DNA of 64,000 nucleotides, taken from the NCBI GenBank assembly GCA_963763775.1, contig CAVXPZ010000001.1, positions 672,001-736,000 of the forward strand, read 5' to 3'. The translations under genes and the position numbers were made by a program. Positions 12,292-22,624 of the stretch are shown piece by piece; position 1 is the stretch's first letter, and the number at the start of each line of letters is the position of its first letter. Under the pieces are notes generated by a model that was not told the origin of the DNA, did not search any database, and worked only from the letters and a program-made list of their open reading frames with translations. Source of the stretch: an uncultured Chloroflexia bacterium. Lineage in GTDB: Bacteria; Chloroflexota; Limnocylindria; Limnocylindrales; CSP1-4.

Positions 12292-13570
12292 GGTGGTGGG
12301 CGCCGTGTGCCCGCGTCAGCTCGCGGGCGAGGTCGGCCAGCGCCACGACCTTCTGCGTGCCGGCCGGCAGGTCGCGCACCTGGACCTCGCCGTGGGCGAG
12401 CTCGTCGCCGAGGATCACCGCGAAATGCGCGCCGTCGCGTGCGGCGGCCTCGAGCTGCTTCCCGAGCTTGCGGCGGCCGAGCTCCGCGCGAGCGACCAGC
12501 CCCGCAGCCCGGAGGTCCGTCGCCACACGGAAGCGCCCCGCCGTGTCGTCCGGGTCCGCGCCCACGACGACCACGACCGGTGCCGGGTCCGGCGGCGCCG
12601 CGGCCCCGGCCTCCTGGAGGGCCAGGACGACGCGGTCCAGGCCGATCCCGAAGCCGATCCCCGGCGTCGGGCGGCCGCCGAGCAGCTCGACCAGGCCGTC
12701 GTACCGGCCGCCGCCGCCGACCGCCTGCTGCTGGCCTTCCCGGCCGGCCACGAAGAACTCGAACGCGGTGCGGGTGTAGTAGTCGAGGCCCCGGACGAGC
12801 CCTGGATCCAGCCGGTACGGCACCCCGACCGCGTCGAGATGCGTCCGGACCGCCGCGAAGTGCTCCGCGCAGGCGTCGCACAAGTGGTCGGTGATGCGCG
12901 GCGCGCCCGCGTTGAGCGCCGCCATCGCGGGGTCCTTCGAATCGAGCAGGCGGAGGACGTTGCGGTCCAGCCGGTCGCGCTCCAGGGCCGGGAGCACGGC
13001 GGTGTGCCCACGGAAGTACGCGGTCAGCGTCTCGATATACGCGGGACGGCAGACCGGGTCGCCGATGGAGTTGAGGTGGACCTCGACGCCGTCGAGGCCC
13101 GCGTCGCGGAAGAACCGGGCACCGAGCTCGATGATCTCCGCGTCGATCGCGGGCCCCGGGTCCCCGATGGCCTCGACGTCGAACTGCCAGAACTGCCGGT
13201 ACCGCCCAGCCTGCGGTCGGTCGTACCGGAACATCGGCCCGGTCTCGGTGAGCTTCACGGGCTGCGGCCACGTCTGCATGCCGTGCTGGACATAGGCGCG
13301 GACGATGCCGGCCGTGGGCTCGGGACGGAGCGCCCATGACTCCGACTCCTCGGTCCGCGGCGCCAGGCGGAAGAGCTCCTTCTCGACGACGTCGGTGACC
13401 TCGCCGATCCCGCGCTCGAAGACGTCGGTCAGCTCGAACAGCGGCGTCTCGACTCGCCGGTAGCCGTACCGGGCCGCCAGGTCCGCGGCGAGCCGCTCGA
13501 GGCGGGTCCACGTCGGGGTCTCGGTCGGGAGGAGGTCGCGCGTGCCACGCGGCGCTCGAAAGCTGGGCAT
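12284..13570 (-). CDS. hisS: Histidine--tRNA ligase
   Basis: PRGTRDLLP, LRPEPTA, FRYDRPQAGRYRQFWQ, LVRGLDYYT, GGGRYDGL. Confidence 0.97.
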   Translation of the reverse strand: MPSFRAPRGTRDLLPTETPTWTRLERLAADLAARYGYRRVETPLFELTDVFERGIGEVTDVVEKELFRLAPRTEESESWALRPEPTAGIVRAYVQHGMQTWPQPVKLTETGPMFRYDRPQAGRYRQFWQFDVEAIGDPGPAIDAEIIELGARFFRDAGLDGVEVHLNSIGDPVCRPAYIETLTAYFRGHTAVLPALERDRLDRNVLRLLDSKDPAMAALNAGAPRITDHLCDACAEHFAAVRTHLDAVGVPYRLDPGLVRGLDYYTRTAFEFFVAGREGQQQAVGGGGRYDGLVELLGGRPTPGIGFGIGLDRVVLALQEAGAAAPPDPAPVVVVVGADPDDTAGRFRVATDLRAAGLVARAELGRRKLGKQLEAAARDGAHFAVILGDELAHGEVQVRDLPAGTQKVVALADLARELTRAHGAHHHG

Positions 13571-13603
13571 CGCGGCGAAGTCTACCCGCGCGCTGCCCGA
13601 GGC

Positions 13604-13813
13604 TCAGCGGTAGTCGGCCTCATTGCGCGAATTGTCGGCATCGGAGAGCCGGTCGAAGGCGGCGAGCTTGTTGGCCTCGATGTCCGCCCGGAGGTCGTTC
13701 TGGGCGAGTTCACTGTCGAGCTCGTCGCCGTCCTTGCCCGACTCCTTGTCCGGCGCGAAGCCGCCCACGGCCTCGCCGCCGAGGAGCTTGTTGATCCTGT
13801 CGCGGATGCCCAT
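13604..13813 (-). CDS. Small acidic hypothetical protein (69 aa)
   Basis: MGIRDRINKLLGG...; GGAGG SD and TACACT -10 upstream; typical codon bias. Confidence 0.7.
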   Translation of the reverse strand: MGIRDRINKLLGGEAVGGFAPDKESGKDGDELDSELAQNDLRADIEANKLAAFDRLSDADNSRNEADYR

Positions 13814-13888
13814 CACCACCTCCACCTCGTCGAGTCCGACGCTCGAACGGAGTGTATCCCCGCCGGCCGCCCCGGGGAGGACCCCGGC

Positions 13889-16147
13889 CTACCCGAGATC
13901 GCGCTGGACGTTGATGACATCCTTGAGATTCTCGATGCGGCCCATGACCCGCGCCAGCTGCGACACGGAGTGGACCTGGAGCGTGGCGGTCACGACGGCC
14001 GTGTGGTCGGGCGTCACCCCGACGTGGGCGGCCACGATGTTGACCTTGTTCTCCGCCACCACCTGCGTGATGTCCGACAGCAGGCCAGTGCGGTCGTAGG
14101 CCTCGACGCGGATGGCGATCGGATAGGTCTGGGTGGGCTCGGCCTCCCACTCCACCTCGATCAGGCGGCTGACCTCGCGCTCGTTGATGACCGTCGGGCA
14201 CGACTGCAGATGGACGGTCACGCCCTTGCCGCGGGTGATGAAGCCCACGATCGGGTCGCCCGGGATCGGGTGGCAGCACTTCGCGAAGCGGACGAGCAGG
14301 TCACCGACGCCCTTGACGCGCACGCCACCCGTCCGTGCGACCTGGTTGGCCGGCGCGACCGTGGGCAGCGTGCTCTGCCCGTCATCCACGACCCCGAGGC
14401 GCATGACCACGGTCTGGGCGCTGATGGCGCCGTAGCCGATCGCCGCGTAGAAGTCGTCGACCGTGTCGTGGTTGTACGCCTTGGCGACCTCGGCGATGCG
14501 GTCCACGCCGACCGTCGCGATGGAGGTCCGCGCGAGCCGGCGGAGCTCACGCTCGAGCGACTCGCGCCCGTGGACGATGTTCTCGTCGCGGTCCTTGCGC
14601 TTGAACCATTGGCGGATCTTCTCGCGCGCGTGGCTCGTGCGGACGACGTTCAGCCAGTCGCGCGAGGGACCGTGCTCGCCCTTGGTGGTCACGATCTCGA
14701 CGATGTCGCCGTTCTTGAGGCGATAGTCGAGCGGGACGAGGCGGTTGTTGACCTTCGCCCCGATCGTGCGGTGGCCGACGTCGGTGTGGATGCGATAGGC
14801 GAAGTCGAGCGGTGTCGCGCCGGCCGGCAGGTCCTTGATGTCGCCCTTGGGCGTGAAGACGAAGACCTGGTCCTGGAAGATGTCGAGCTTGATGCCCTCG
14901 ACGAACTCGGTCGCATCCGAGTCGGACACGTCGCGCTGCCAGTCCATGAGCTGGCGGAGCCAGGCGAGCTTGGCGTCGTACTCGCGGTCGGACTTGGTCC
15001 CTTCCTTGTACCGCCAGTGCGCCGCGATGCCCACCTCGGAGACCTGGTGCATCTGGTGGGTGCGGATCTGGATCTCGAGGGGCTTGCCGTCGATGGCGAT
15101 GACGGCCGTGTGCAGCGACTGGTACCGGTTGTTCTTGGGGACCGCGATGTAGTCGTCGAACTGCCCGGGGATCGGGCGCCACAGCGAGTGGACGATGCCG
15201 AGCGCCGCGTAGCAGTCGCGGACCTCGTCGACGAGCAGGCGGATGGCGTAGACGTCGTAGATCTCGCCGAACTCCGCGCCCTTGCGCTGCATCTTCTTCC
15301 AGATGCTGTAGATGTGCTTCGGCCGGCCCTCGATGTCCGCGACGATCCCGGCGGCGTCGAGCCGCGGCCGGAGCTCGGCGATGGCCCGCTCGATGTACGT
15401 CTCGCGGCCCTTGCGGCGCGTGTCGAGGAGCTTGGCGAGCTCGCGGAACCGCTCCGGCTCCAGCGCCTTGAAGGCGAGGTCCTCGAGCTCCCACTTCATC
15501 TGCCAGATCCCGAGCCGCTCGGCGAGCGGGGCGTAGATCTCCATCGTCTGGCGGGCGATCCGCTGCTGCTTCTCGCTGGGGAGGCCGTACAGGGTCCGCA
15601 TGTTGTGGAGGCGGTCGGCGAGCTTGATCAGGACGACCCGGATGTCCTGGGCCATCGCGAGGAGCATCTTGCGGATGTTCTCGGCCTGCTGCTGCTCGTG
15701 GCTGTGGGTGCTGAACTTCGAGAGCTTCGTGACGCCGTCGACGAGCTGCGCGACCTCGGGTCCGAACCGCTCCTCGACATCGGTGAGGCTGTACTCGGTG
15801 TCCTCCGGGACGTCGTGCAGGAGCGCGGCCATGATCGCGATCGGATCGACGCCGAGCTCCGCGAGGATCTGCGCCGACGCGATGGGGTGCGTCACGTAGG
15901 GCTCGCCGGTGGCGCGTCGCTGCCCCTCGTGCGCCTCGACCGCGAGGTCGAACGCCTCGTTGACCGCCGTCAGGTCCGCGTCGGGGTATCGGTCGGCGAT
16001 GGAGGCGAAGAGCGACGTCCTGAGCACGCCGAGGTCCGCGTCGCCGCCGGCGGGGCCCTTCGGGATGGCCGGTGCGCGCCGAGGCCCACGCCGGGCGCCG
16101 GCGGCGCCCTCGTGATCGGGCTTCGTGCGTGGCGGAGTGGTCGACAT
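13889..16147 (-). CDS. relA: Bifunctional (p)ppGpp synthetase/hydrolase Rel
   Basis: GEPYVTHP, LLHDVPED (HD), KLADRLHNMRT, GRPKHIYS, YQSLHT, TGS (DFAYRIHT), KCCHPIPGD, ACT domain. Confidence 0.96.
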   Translation of the reverse strand: MSTTPPRTKPDHEGAAGARRGPRRAPAIPKGPAGGDADLGVLRTSLFASIADRYPDADLTAVNEAFDLAVEAHEGQRRATGEPYVTHPIASAQILAELGVDPIAIMAALLHDVPEDTEYSLTDVEERFGPEVAQLVDGVTKLSKFSTHSHEQQQAENIRKMLLAMAQDIRVVLIKLADRLHNMRTLYGLPSEKQQRIARQTMEIYAPLAERLGIWQMKWELEDLAFKALEPERFRELAKLLDTRRKGRETYIERAIAELRPRLDAAGIVADIEGRPKHIYSIWKKMQRKGAEFGEIYDVYAIRLLVDEVRDCYAALGIVHSLWRPIPGQFDDYIAVPKNNRYQSLHTAVIAIDGKPLEIQIRTHQMHQVSEVGIAAHWRYKEGTKSDREYDAKLAWLRQLMDWQRDVSDSDATEFVEGIKLDIFQDQVFVFTPKGDIKDLPAGATPLDFAYRIHTDVGHRTIGAKVNNRLVPLDYRLKNGDIVEIVTTKGEHGPSRDWLNVVRTSHAREKIRQWFKRKDRDENIVHGRESLERELRRLARTSIATVGVDRIAEVAKAYNHDTVDDFYAAIGYGAISAQTVVMRLGVVDDGQSTLPTVAPANQVARTGGVRVKGVGDLLVRFAKCCHPIPGDPIVGFITRGKGVTVHLQSCPTVINEREVSRLIEVEWEAEPTQTYPIAIRVEAYDRTGLLSDITQVVAENKVNIVAAHVGVTPDHTAVVTATLQVHSVSQLARVMGRIENLKDVINVQRDLG

Positions 16148-16201
16148 CGGCCGCAAGGATAGCAGCGGGTCCCGGCCCCGCCGATCGGCCGAAGGTGCCG
16201 G

Positions 16202-17912
16202 TCAGCCGAACCCGAGGTCCCGGAGGGCCGCCTCGGCCTCGGCGCGCTCGTCCCAGGGCAGCGGGCCCTCCGGGCCGATGATCGAGCGCTCGTGGCCCTT
16301 GCCCGCGAGGAGCACGACGTCGCCCGGCCTGGCGCGCTCGAACGCGGCCGCGATGGCGGTCCGGCGGTCGGCGATGACCAGCAGGTCGTGGCCGCGTCGC
16401 TTGCCCGCGGCCTCCGCGCCGTGCGCGATGGCCTCGAGGATGGCATCGCGGTCCTCCAGGCGCGGGTCCTCGTCGGTCACGACGACGAGCCGTGCACGCT
16501 CGCCCGCGATCCGACCCATCAGCGGCCGCTTGGCCGTGTCGCGCTCACCGGCCGACCCGAACAGGGCGATCACCCCGCCGCCGCGGGCCGCGGCCACGGG
16601 CGCCAGGAGGTCCAGGACCGTCTGGAGCGAGGCCGGGCTGTGGGCGTAGTCCACGACGACCCCGAACGGCTGTCCGCGATCCACGCGCTCCATCCGTCCC
16701 GGCACCGACCGCACGCCCTCGAGCCCCGCCCGGACGGCAGCCGGGTCGAGGCCGACGGCCTCCCCGAGCGCGACGACCGCCAGCGCGTTGTGGACGTTGA
16801 AGCGACCGGCGAGCTGCAGGCGGAGGATGCCGTCCCCACTCGGCGCCCCGTAGGCCACGCGCAGGCCATCCGAATCCTCCTCGACGCGGGTGGCACGGAC
16901 GTCGGCGGACGGATCCGTCCCGTAGGTGAGGACGCGGGCGCCCGCCTCCTGCGTCACCCCGACGAACAGACCGGCGGAGGGATCGTCGGCATTGACGATC
17001 CCGGTCTTCGGCCATCGCCGGTCCTGCGGCTTCTCGGCGACGGCGTGCGCGGCGGCGGCGCCGCGGACCCCCGCCCCGAGTCGTTCGAACAGCGACAGCT
17101 TCGCCGTGCGATATGCCTCCCAGGTGCCGTGGAACTCGAGGTGCTCATGGGTGACGTTGGTGAGGATCGCGACGTCGTAGGCCACCGAGCCGACGCGATC
17201 GAGCGCGAGACCGTGCGACGTGGTCTCGAGGACGACCGCCCGATCCCCCGCGGCGACCATCGCACGAAGAGCCGCCTGGAGGTGCGGCGCGTCCGGCGTC
17301 GTGGCATGGGCCTCGTTGGGCGCCTCGTGCCCGCCGATGCGCGTCGCCGCGGTGCCGATCATCCCGGCCCGCACGCCCGCCGCCTCCAGCGCGGCCCGTG
17401 CCAGGAACGAGGTCGTGGTCTTGCCGTCCGTGCCGGTGATCCCGAGGACCGCGAGTTCGCGGCTCGGGTCGCCGTACCGCCACGCGGCGGCGGTCGCGAG
17501 CGCGGCCTGGCTGCGCTCGACGATGAGCTGGGCCGTCGGGGACTCGCGGAGGGCCCGTTCGACGATCACGGCGGACGCTCCGGCCGCGATCGCTCGCTCG
17601 ACGAAGTCGTGCCCGTCGACATGCGCGCCGGGGATCGCCACGAACAAGGACCCGGGACGTACGGCGCGCGAGTCGTCGGTGACGCCACGGACCTCGATCC
17701 CGGCGAGGCCGTGCGGGCCGATCGCCCGCCCGTCGAGCCTGGCGCCTCGCAGCCGGCCCTCGGCCGTCAGACGGTCGATCAGCCCGGCGAGCGCCGCGGG
17801 ATCGCCCGGCTCGACCGCCGCGAGGAGGTCGCGGATGGCCAGCGCGGACGTGCGCCGCGGACTCGGCCGCGGCTGTGGCGTCGGCCGCGGCTGCGGCGTC
17901 GGGGTCCGTCAC
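16202..17912 (-). CDS. murE: UDP-MurNAc-dipeptide--diamino acid ligase MurE; frameshift near 17845
   Basis: DSRAVRPGSLFVA, ITGTDGKTT, TTPDA, ETTSHGL, VPGRME, VDYAHSP, TDEDPR, AGKGHE; GTG at 17912 overlaps the upstream stop. Confidence 0.93.
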
Positions 17913-19015
17913 CGGCCGACCATCCGTGCCGCTCGGGCGATCGCGCGACCGGCCGCGTAGCGACGTGGCCGGAACACGCGCTCGTGCGCACCGGCCAGCT
18001 CCAGCCACTGCCCGCCGAACGAGAGCTTGTGCTGGTACAGGCCCCACATCGGCTCACCCTCGACGGGTCGGCGGCGGGCGCCGGCGACGTCGGCACCGCC
18101 GAGGTCCATCTCGCGCCGGTCCTCGCGGATCGCGAGCTGGATCGCGCGCCATCGGGCGAGGTGGAGGGCGCCGGGATGCTGCCGCCGGGTCTCGGCCCGG
18201 TCGCCGGAGTGGACCGTGGACAGGCGGTCGCCATGGCGGTACAGGACGAGGCCGGCGATGGGGTCGGGCGCGGCCGCGTCGACGACCTCGAGGTAGACGA
18301 GATGGCCAGCGGCATGGGCGCGCCGCCACCAGCCCGTGAAGCTGTCGCGCGGCCCGAACGTGAAGTGACGCCGCTCCCCGGTCGCGAGCAGGAGGTCGTA
18401 GAAACCGTCCAGGGCGACGGCCGTCGAACCTGCGGGCGCGCCGGTGAACCCGTCCCCTGCCCCATCGGGTGCAAGGCGGACGTCATGGCGGATCACGACC
18501 AGGTCCGACGCCTCGGCGGCGCGGATCCGCTGCCGCGTCGACTTCGCGATGTGCCCGAAGGCCAGCATCTCGTCGACGCCCGCCTCCAGCGGCAGGCGGA
18601 TCCGATGCCGCGACGGCTGGATCTCCTCGATCGGATGGAAGCCGGCCCCCTGGATCGTGGTCGCGAAGGCTGTGTCATCGGCCGGGACCTCCGGGTCGGC
18701 CGCCACGACGTCGATCCCGCCCATGGCGAGCGCCTCGGCCGCCTCGACCTGTCGGGTGGCGAGCACCGCGCCGTCAGCGCCCATGCCTGCCGGGCCGCGC
18801 GGGATGTAGGCACTCCCGCCGCCGATGAGCGCCCAGCGGCGTTCGAGCGCGAGCACCCGCCCGCCGTCGTCCATCGCAAGGAACCGCGGCGTCCAGCCAG
18901 AGGCTTCGCGGTGCGCGGCCCAGGCCCGCGATTGGTAGACGTGCCCACCCGGTGCGTCGACGGCGACGGCGTCCCAGGCCGCCAGGTCCGCCTCGGTGGC
19001 GTCGTGCGTGGTCAA
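17909..19015 (-). CDS. FemABX-family tRNA-dependent peptidoglycan bridge ligase (copy 2)
   Basis: VYQSRAW, YIPRGP, KSTRQRIRAA, WRAIQ, MDLGG, GLYQHKLSFGG; TTG start overlaps the upstream TGA. Confidence 0.82.
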   Translation of the reverse strand: MTTHDATEADLAAWDAVAVDAPGGHVYQSRAWAAHREASGWTPRFLAMDDGGRVLALERRWALIGGGSAYIPRGPAGMGADGAVLATRQVEAAEALAMGGIDVVAADPEVPADDTAFATTIQGAGFHPIEEIQPSRHRIRLPLEAGVDEMLAFGHIAKSTRQRIRAAEASDLVVIRHDVRLAPDGAGDGFTGAPAGSTAVALDGFYDLLLATGERRHFTFGPRDSFTGWWRRAHAAGHLVYLEVVDAAAPDPIAGLVLYRHGDRLSTVHSGDRAETRRQHPGALHLARWRAIQLAIREDRREMDLGGADVAGARRRPVEGEPMWGLYQHKLSFGGQWLELAGAHERVFRPRRYAAGRAIARAARMVGR

Positions 19016-20073
19016 TCGGCGCCCCCGAAGCCCGCCGCCCCGGTCGCGCCGGCGACGCCATGCCGGCGGCGTGCCCAACGGACGCGCGCCTTGCCAGCGG
19101 CCTCGTAGGCCTGCCGACCCAGCGGATCGAGCACCAGGTCCCACGCCCCGATGTAGCGGACCTCGCGTCCGCCGAACCCGGTCTTGAAGTGGGCGATGCC
19201 GCCGGTGGCCAGACCCCACAGGTCGTAGCTCGTGGCGCCGGCCTCCCGCGAGGACCGGATCGCCTCCCACTTGAGCAGGTAGTTCGCCCGCGATTCGGCG
19301 CCGGCGGCCGTCATCCCGCCGTACGGTTCGACGACCCGCGGACCGCACCGGACGAGGAAGAGCGTCGCCACGGGATCACCGTCCGCGGTCTGGGCGAAGA
19401 GCAGTCGGGCGTTCCCGGCCGGCCGGTAGGCCTCCCACACGTCGCGATACGCCGCCTCCGTCCGGATGAGGAAGCCGGCCCGATCGGCGGTCTCGCGGTA
19501 GATCCGGTAGAACTCCCCGAGACGGTCGCCTTCCGCGTCCACCACCACGATCCCGCCGGACCGGGCCTTGTTCACGTACTGGCGCCACTTCTTGCGAAGG
19601 TCGCCCCAGAGCGCGGCCTCGTCGGCGTGGAGGTCGATGATCCGCGTCGAGCTCGGCTGGACCGCCGGTGCCGGCCGCCAACCGGCGACGCGGAACGCCA
19701 GCTGGGCGGCGCGATCCGGGTCGAGCGGGCCCTCGGATTCGATCTCGGGATCGACGCGGAGGTGGCTCACGCGTCCCGCGACCCGCGGCAGGTCCGTCCG
19801 GCAGGCCTCCGTGAATGCCGACACGGCGTCGGGGTCCCAGGTGGCGGCCACCGGTCCGCGCGGCGCATAGGCGAACCCCCACGGCATGGGGCGCGGCCGG
19901 CGGACGAGGATCTGCGCGCCGATGCGCGGCTGCGCGGGGTCGGTCTCGATCCGGTGGGCGGTCCAGCCGTTCACGGCCTTGACGCGGGCCCAGGCGGACA
20001 GCTGCAGGTACGAACCGGGCTCGCTCGCGGCGACGAGGTCGTCCCAGGCCGATTCGTCGGCGGGCGACGTCAC
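19012..20073 (-). CDS. FemABX-family lipid II aminoacyltransferase (copy 1)
   Basis: YLQLSAWARVK, YAPRGP, KKWRQYVNKA, NYLLKWEAI, YDLWG, HFKTGFGG. Confidence 0.9.
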   Translation of the reverse strand: MTSPADESAWDDLVAASEPGSYLQLSAWARVKAVNGWTAHRIETDPAQPRIGAQILVRRPRPMPWGFAYAPRGPVAATWDPDAVSAFTEACRTDLPRVAGRVSHLRVDPEIESEGPLDPDRAAQLAFRVAGWRPAPAVQPSSTRIIDLHADEAALWGDLRKKWRQYVNKARSGGIVVVDAEGDRLGEFYRIYRETADRAGFLIRTEAAYRDVWEAYRPAGNARLLFAQTADGDPVATLFLVRCGPRVVEPYGGMTAAGAESRANYLLKWEAIRSSREAGATSYDLWGLATGGIAHFKTGFGGREVRYIGAWDLVLDPLGRQAYEAAGKARVRWARRRHGVAGATGAAGFGGAD

Positions 20074-21641
20074 GACCGTCGCGGGCGGCGGAGCACGTCG
20101 ACCATGACCCCGACGATAGACGGCAGTTCCGGGATCCGCAACACGAGCGAGACGCCGGCGTAGGCCAGGCCGAACGCCACGCTCACGATGGTCGCCTCGA
20201 CGATCACCACGAGCCGGCCCGGATCGGCGCCGAGCACGCCTTCGACGGCCCCGAGGACCACGTAGCCCACCGCGCCCGCCACGATGCCCGCCGCGATCGA
20301 CTCGAGGCCGACCCGGAGCAGGCCCTGCGCCGTGAAGTGGAACAGACGCCGGTGCAGGATCACGAGCAGCGCCAAAGCCTCGATCCAGGCCGCTACCGCG
20401 ATCGCGATGGCGATGCCGGCGAGCCCGTACGGATCCACGAGGACCACGGCCAACGTGCAGTTGATCGCCACGGCGGCGACGGCCGCCAGGACCGGCGTGA
20501 GCGTGTCCTGGCGGGCATAGAACGCCCGGGCCAGGACCGCGATGAGCGCGTGGGCGGTGAGCCCGATCATGAAGCACAGCAGCGTGGTCGCGATCAGGTC
20601 GAGGTCAGCGGGGCTGACCCGCTCCGACCCGAACAGGATCTCGACCACCTGCGTCCGCAGGACCCCGGTCGCGATGGCGATCGGCACCATCACGTAGACG
20701 AGGAGCCGCAAAGCCCGGGTCAACAGGTCGACGTAAGCGATCTCGCGCCCGACCGCGGCTTCGCGCGACAGGGAGGGCAGCAGGACGATCCCGAGCGGCA
20801 CACCGATGATCCCGAGAGGGATCTGGAGCAGGGCGAACGCGAAGTTGAAGTCCGACACGGCCCCCACGCCGAGGCCGCTCGCGAGCGCGGTCACGACGAT
20901 GAAGGTGATCTGGGTCACGCCGAGCCCGAAGGCCCGCGGCGCCATCAGCACGAGGGCGCGCCGGGCCTGCGGGTCCGCGGTGTCGATGCGCGGCTGATAG
21001 CGGAACCCGAGGCGGGCCATCGGGCGGAGCTGGACGAGGAGATGGCCGAGCGACCCGAGGACGACGCCGATCGCCAAACCCTCGATGCCGAGCGAGACGC
21101 CGAGGGTCTTGGCGGCCACGATGATCACGAGGTTGTAGACGATCGGCGCCACGGCTGAGGCGGCGAACCGGCCCCCCGAGTTGAGGACACTCGTCGCGAC
21201 CGCCCCGAGTGCGAGGAAGATCGGGCTCAGCAACATGATCCGCGTCAGCTGGACGGTCTTGTCGAGCTCGGCTGGCCCGAATCCGGGCGTGATGAAGCCC
21301 ATGACCTGCGGCGCGAGGACGAACAGGACGACGGCCAGGGTCACCAGCGCGATCAACATCAGGTTGACCACGGTCGAGACGACCCGCCAGGCACGCTGCT
21401 GCTCGTTGGATGTGAACAGCCCCGAGACGATCGGGATGAGCGCGGACGACAACGCGCCGGCCGCCACGAGCTGGAAGATCAGGTCCGGGATGCGGAACGC
21501 GGCGAAGAACGCGTCGAGCTCCGGGCCGACGCGGAACGTGTCGGCGATGACGAAGATCCGGACGTACCCGAGGATCCGCGAGATCAGGAACGCGCCCGAG
21601 ACCACGAGGCCGGCGCGCGCCAGGGTCCGGGTCGCGCTCAC
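20070..21641 (-). CDS. murJ: Lipid II flippase MurJ
   Basis: SRILGYVR, DAFFAAFRIPD, GALSSALIP, RAFYARQDTLTP; many TM helices. Confidence 0.95.
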   Translation of the reverse strand: MSATRTLARAGLVVSGAFLISRILGYVRIFVIADTFRVGPELDAFFAAFRIPDLIFQLVAAGALSSALIPIVSGLFTSNEQQRAWRVVSTVVNLMLIALVTLAVVLFVLAPQVMGFITPGFGPAELDKTVQLTRIMLLSPIFLALGAVATSVLNSGGRFAASAVAPIVYNLVIIVAAKTLGVSLGIEGLAIGVVLGSLGHLLVQLRPMARLGFRYQPRIDTADPQARRALVLMAPRAFGLGVTQITFIVVTALASGLGVGAVSDFNFAFALLQIPLGIIGVPLGIVLLPSLSREAAVGREIAYVDLLTRALRLLVYVMVPIAIATGVLRTQVVEILFGSERVSPADLDLIATTLLCFMIGLTAHALIAVLARAFYARQDTLTPVLAAVAAVAINCTLAVVLVDPYGLAGIAIAIAVAAWIEALALLVILHRRLFHFTAQGLLRVGLESIAAGIVAGAVGYVVLGAVEGVLGADPGRLVVIVEATIVSVAFGLAYAGVSLVLRIPELPSIVGVMVDVLRRPRRS

Positions 21642-22624
21642 GGCGCTGGGTCGCGTCGCGCCCGAGGGTGCGCCTCCCGGTACGCCGACCGGAGCCGCGT
21701 CGGCGACACGTGCGTGTAGATCTGCGTCGTCGCGAGGCTCTCGTGCCCGAGGAGTTCCTGGACGACCCGAAGATCCGCCCCCCCGTCGAGCAGGTGCGTC
21801 GCGAACGAGTGCCGCAGTGTGTGCGGCGAGACGCCGTCCGGCAGGCCCGCCCGCCGACGGATCCGGTCCAGGCGGTATCGGAGCCCCCGGACCCCCAGGG
21901 GCGCCCCACGGTGGTTCAGGAAGACCTGGGTCGGCGGGGCGGCCTCGTCCGTGCGACCCGCGAGGAGGACCGAGCGCCCTTCGGCGAGGTACGCCTCCAG
22001 CGCCGAGCGCGCCGGGCCGCCGAGCAGCCCGATCCGTTGCTTTCGCCCCTTGCCGATGACACGCAGCTCGCCGCGACGAAGGTCGAGCTCGCCGAGCTCT
22101 GCCTCGGCGAGCTCACTGATCCGGAGACCGGCCGCGTAGGCGGTCTCGACGAGGGCCCGGTCACGCAGCGCGATGGCGACGGCCGGCGCGGTGTGCGACG
22201 GCGTGCCGGCGCGGTGGGCCGCCTCCAGGTCCGCGGTCACGACGTCGAGCATCGCGTCGACCTCGGCGATCTCGAGGACCCTCGGGAGGCGGCCGGGCTG
22301 GCGCGGGGTCGCGATGGCGCCCCACGGGTCACCGGGCGCGAGACCGTCTCGCGCCGCCCAGCGATGGAAGGAGCGGATCGCGGCAAGGCGCTGCGCGACC
22401 GACGAGCGGGCATGCCCGGTGGTCAGGGTCGCGAGATAGGCCCGCAGGTCCGCACGCGCCGGCTGCCGCCAGTCGACGCCGCGGGCGTCGAGCCAACCGA
22501 GGTAGGCCGCGATCGAGCTGCGGTACGACCGCCGGGTATGCGGGGAGGCGTCGCGCGCGGCGAGGGTCCGGAGGAAGCGCTCGAGGGCAGGAGGGATCGC
22601 GGGGTCGGACGCGACCCCGCTCAC
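21638..22624 (-). CDS. xerC: Tyrosine recombinase XerC
   Basis: SPHTRRSY, RDRALVE, GLRISEL, GKGRKQR, SPHTLRHSFATHLL, LLGHESLATTQIYTHV; follows topA. Confidence 0.88.
   Translation of the reverse strand: MSGVASDPAIPPALERFLRTLAARDASPHTRRSYRSSIAAYLGWLDARGVDWRQPARADLRAYLATLTTGHARSSVAQRLAAIRSFHRWAARDGLAPGDPWGAIATPRQPGRLPRVLEIAEVDAMLDVVTADLEAAHRAGTPSHTAPAVAIALRDRALVETAYAAGLRISELAEAELGELDLRRGELRVIGKGRKQRIGLLGGPARSALEAYLAEGRSVLLAGRTDEAAPPTQVFLNHRGAPLGVRGLRYRLDRIRRRAGLPDGVSPHTLRHSFATHLLDGGADLRVVQELLGHESLATTQIYTHVSPTRLRSAYREAHPRARRDPAP

Noticed and set aside
21638-22624. Tyrosine recombinase as a prophage or ICE integrase
   Set aside because: Xer-type motifs and size, coupling to topA, and no mobile-element genes nearby.
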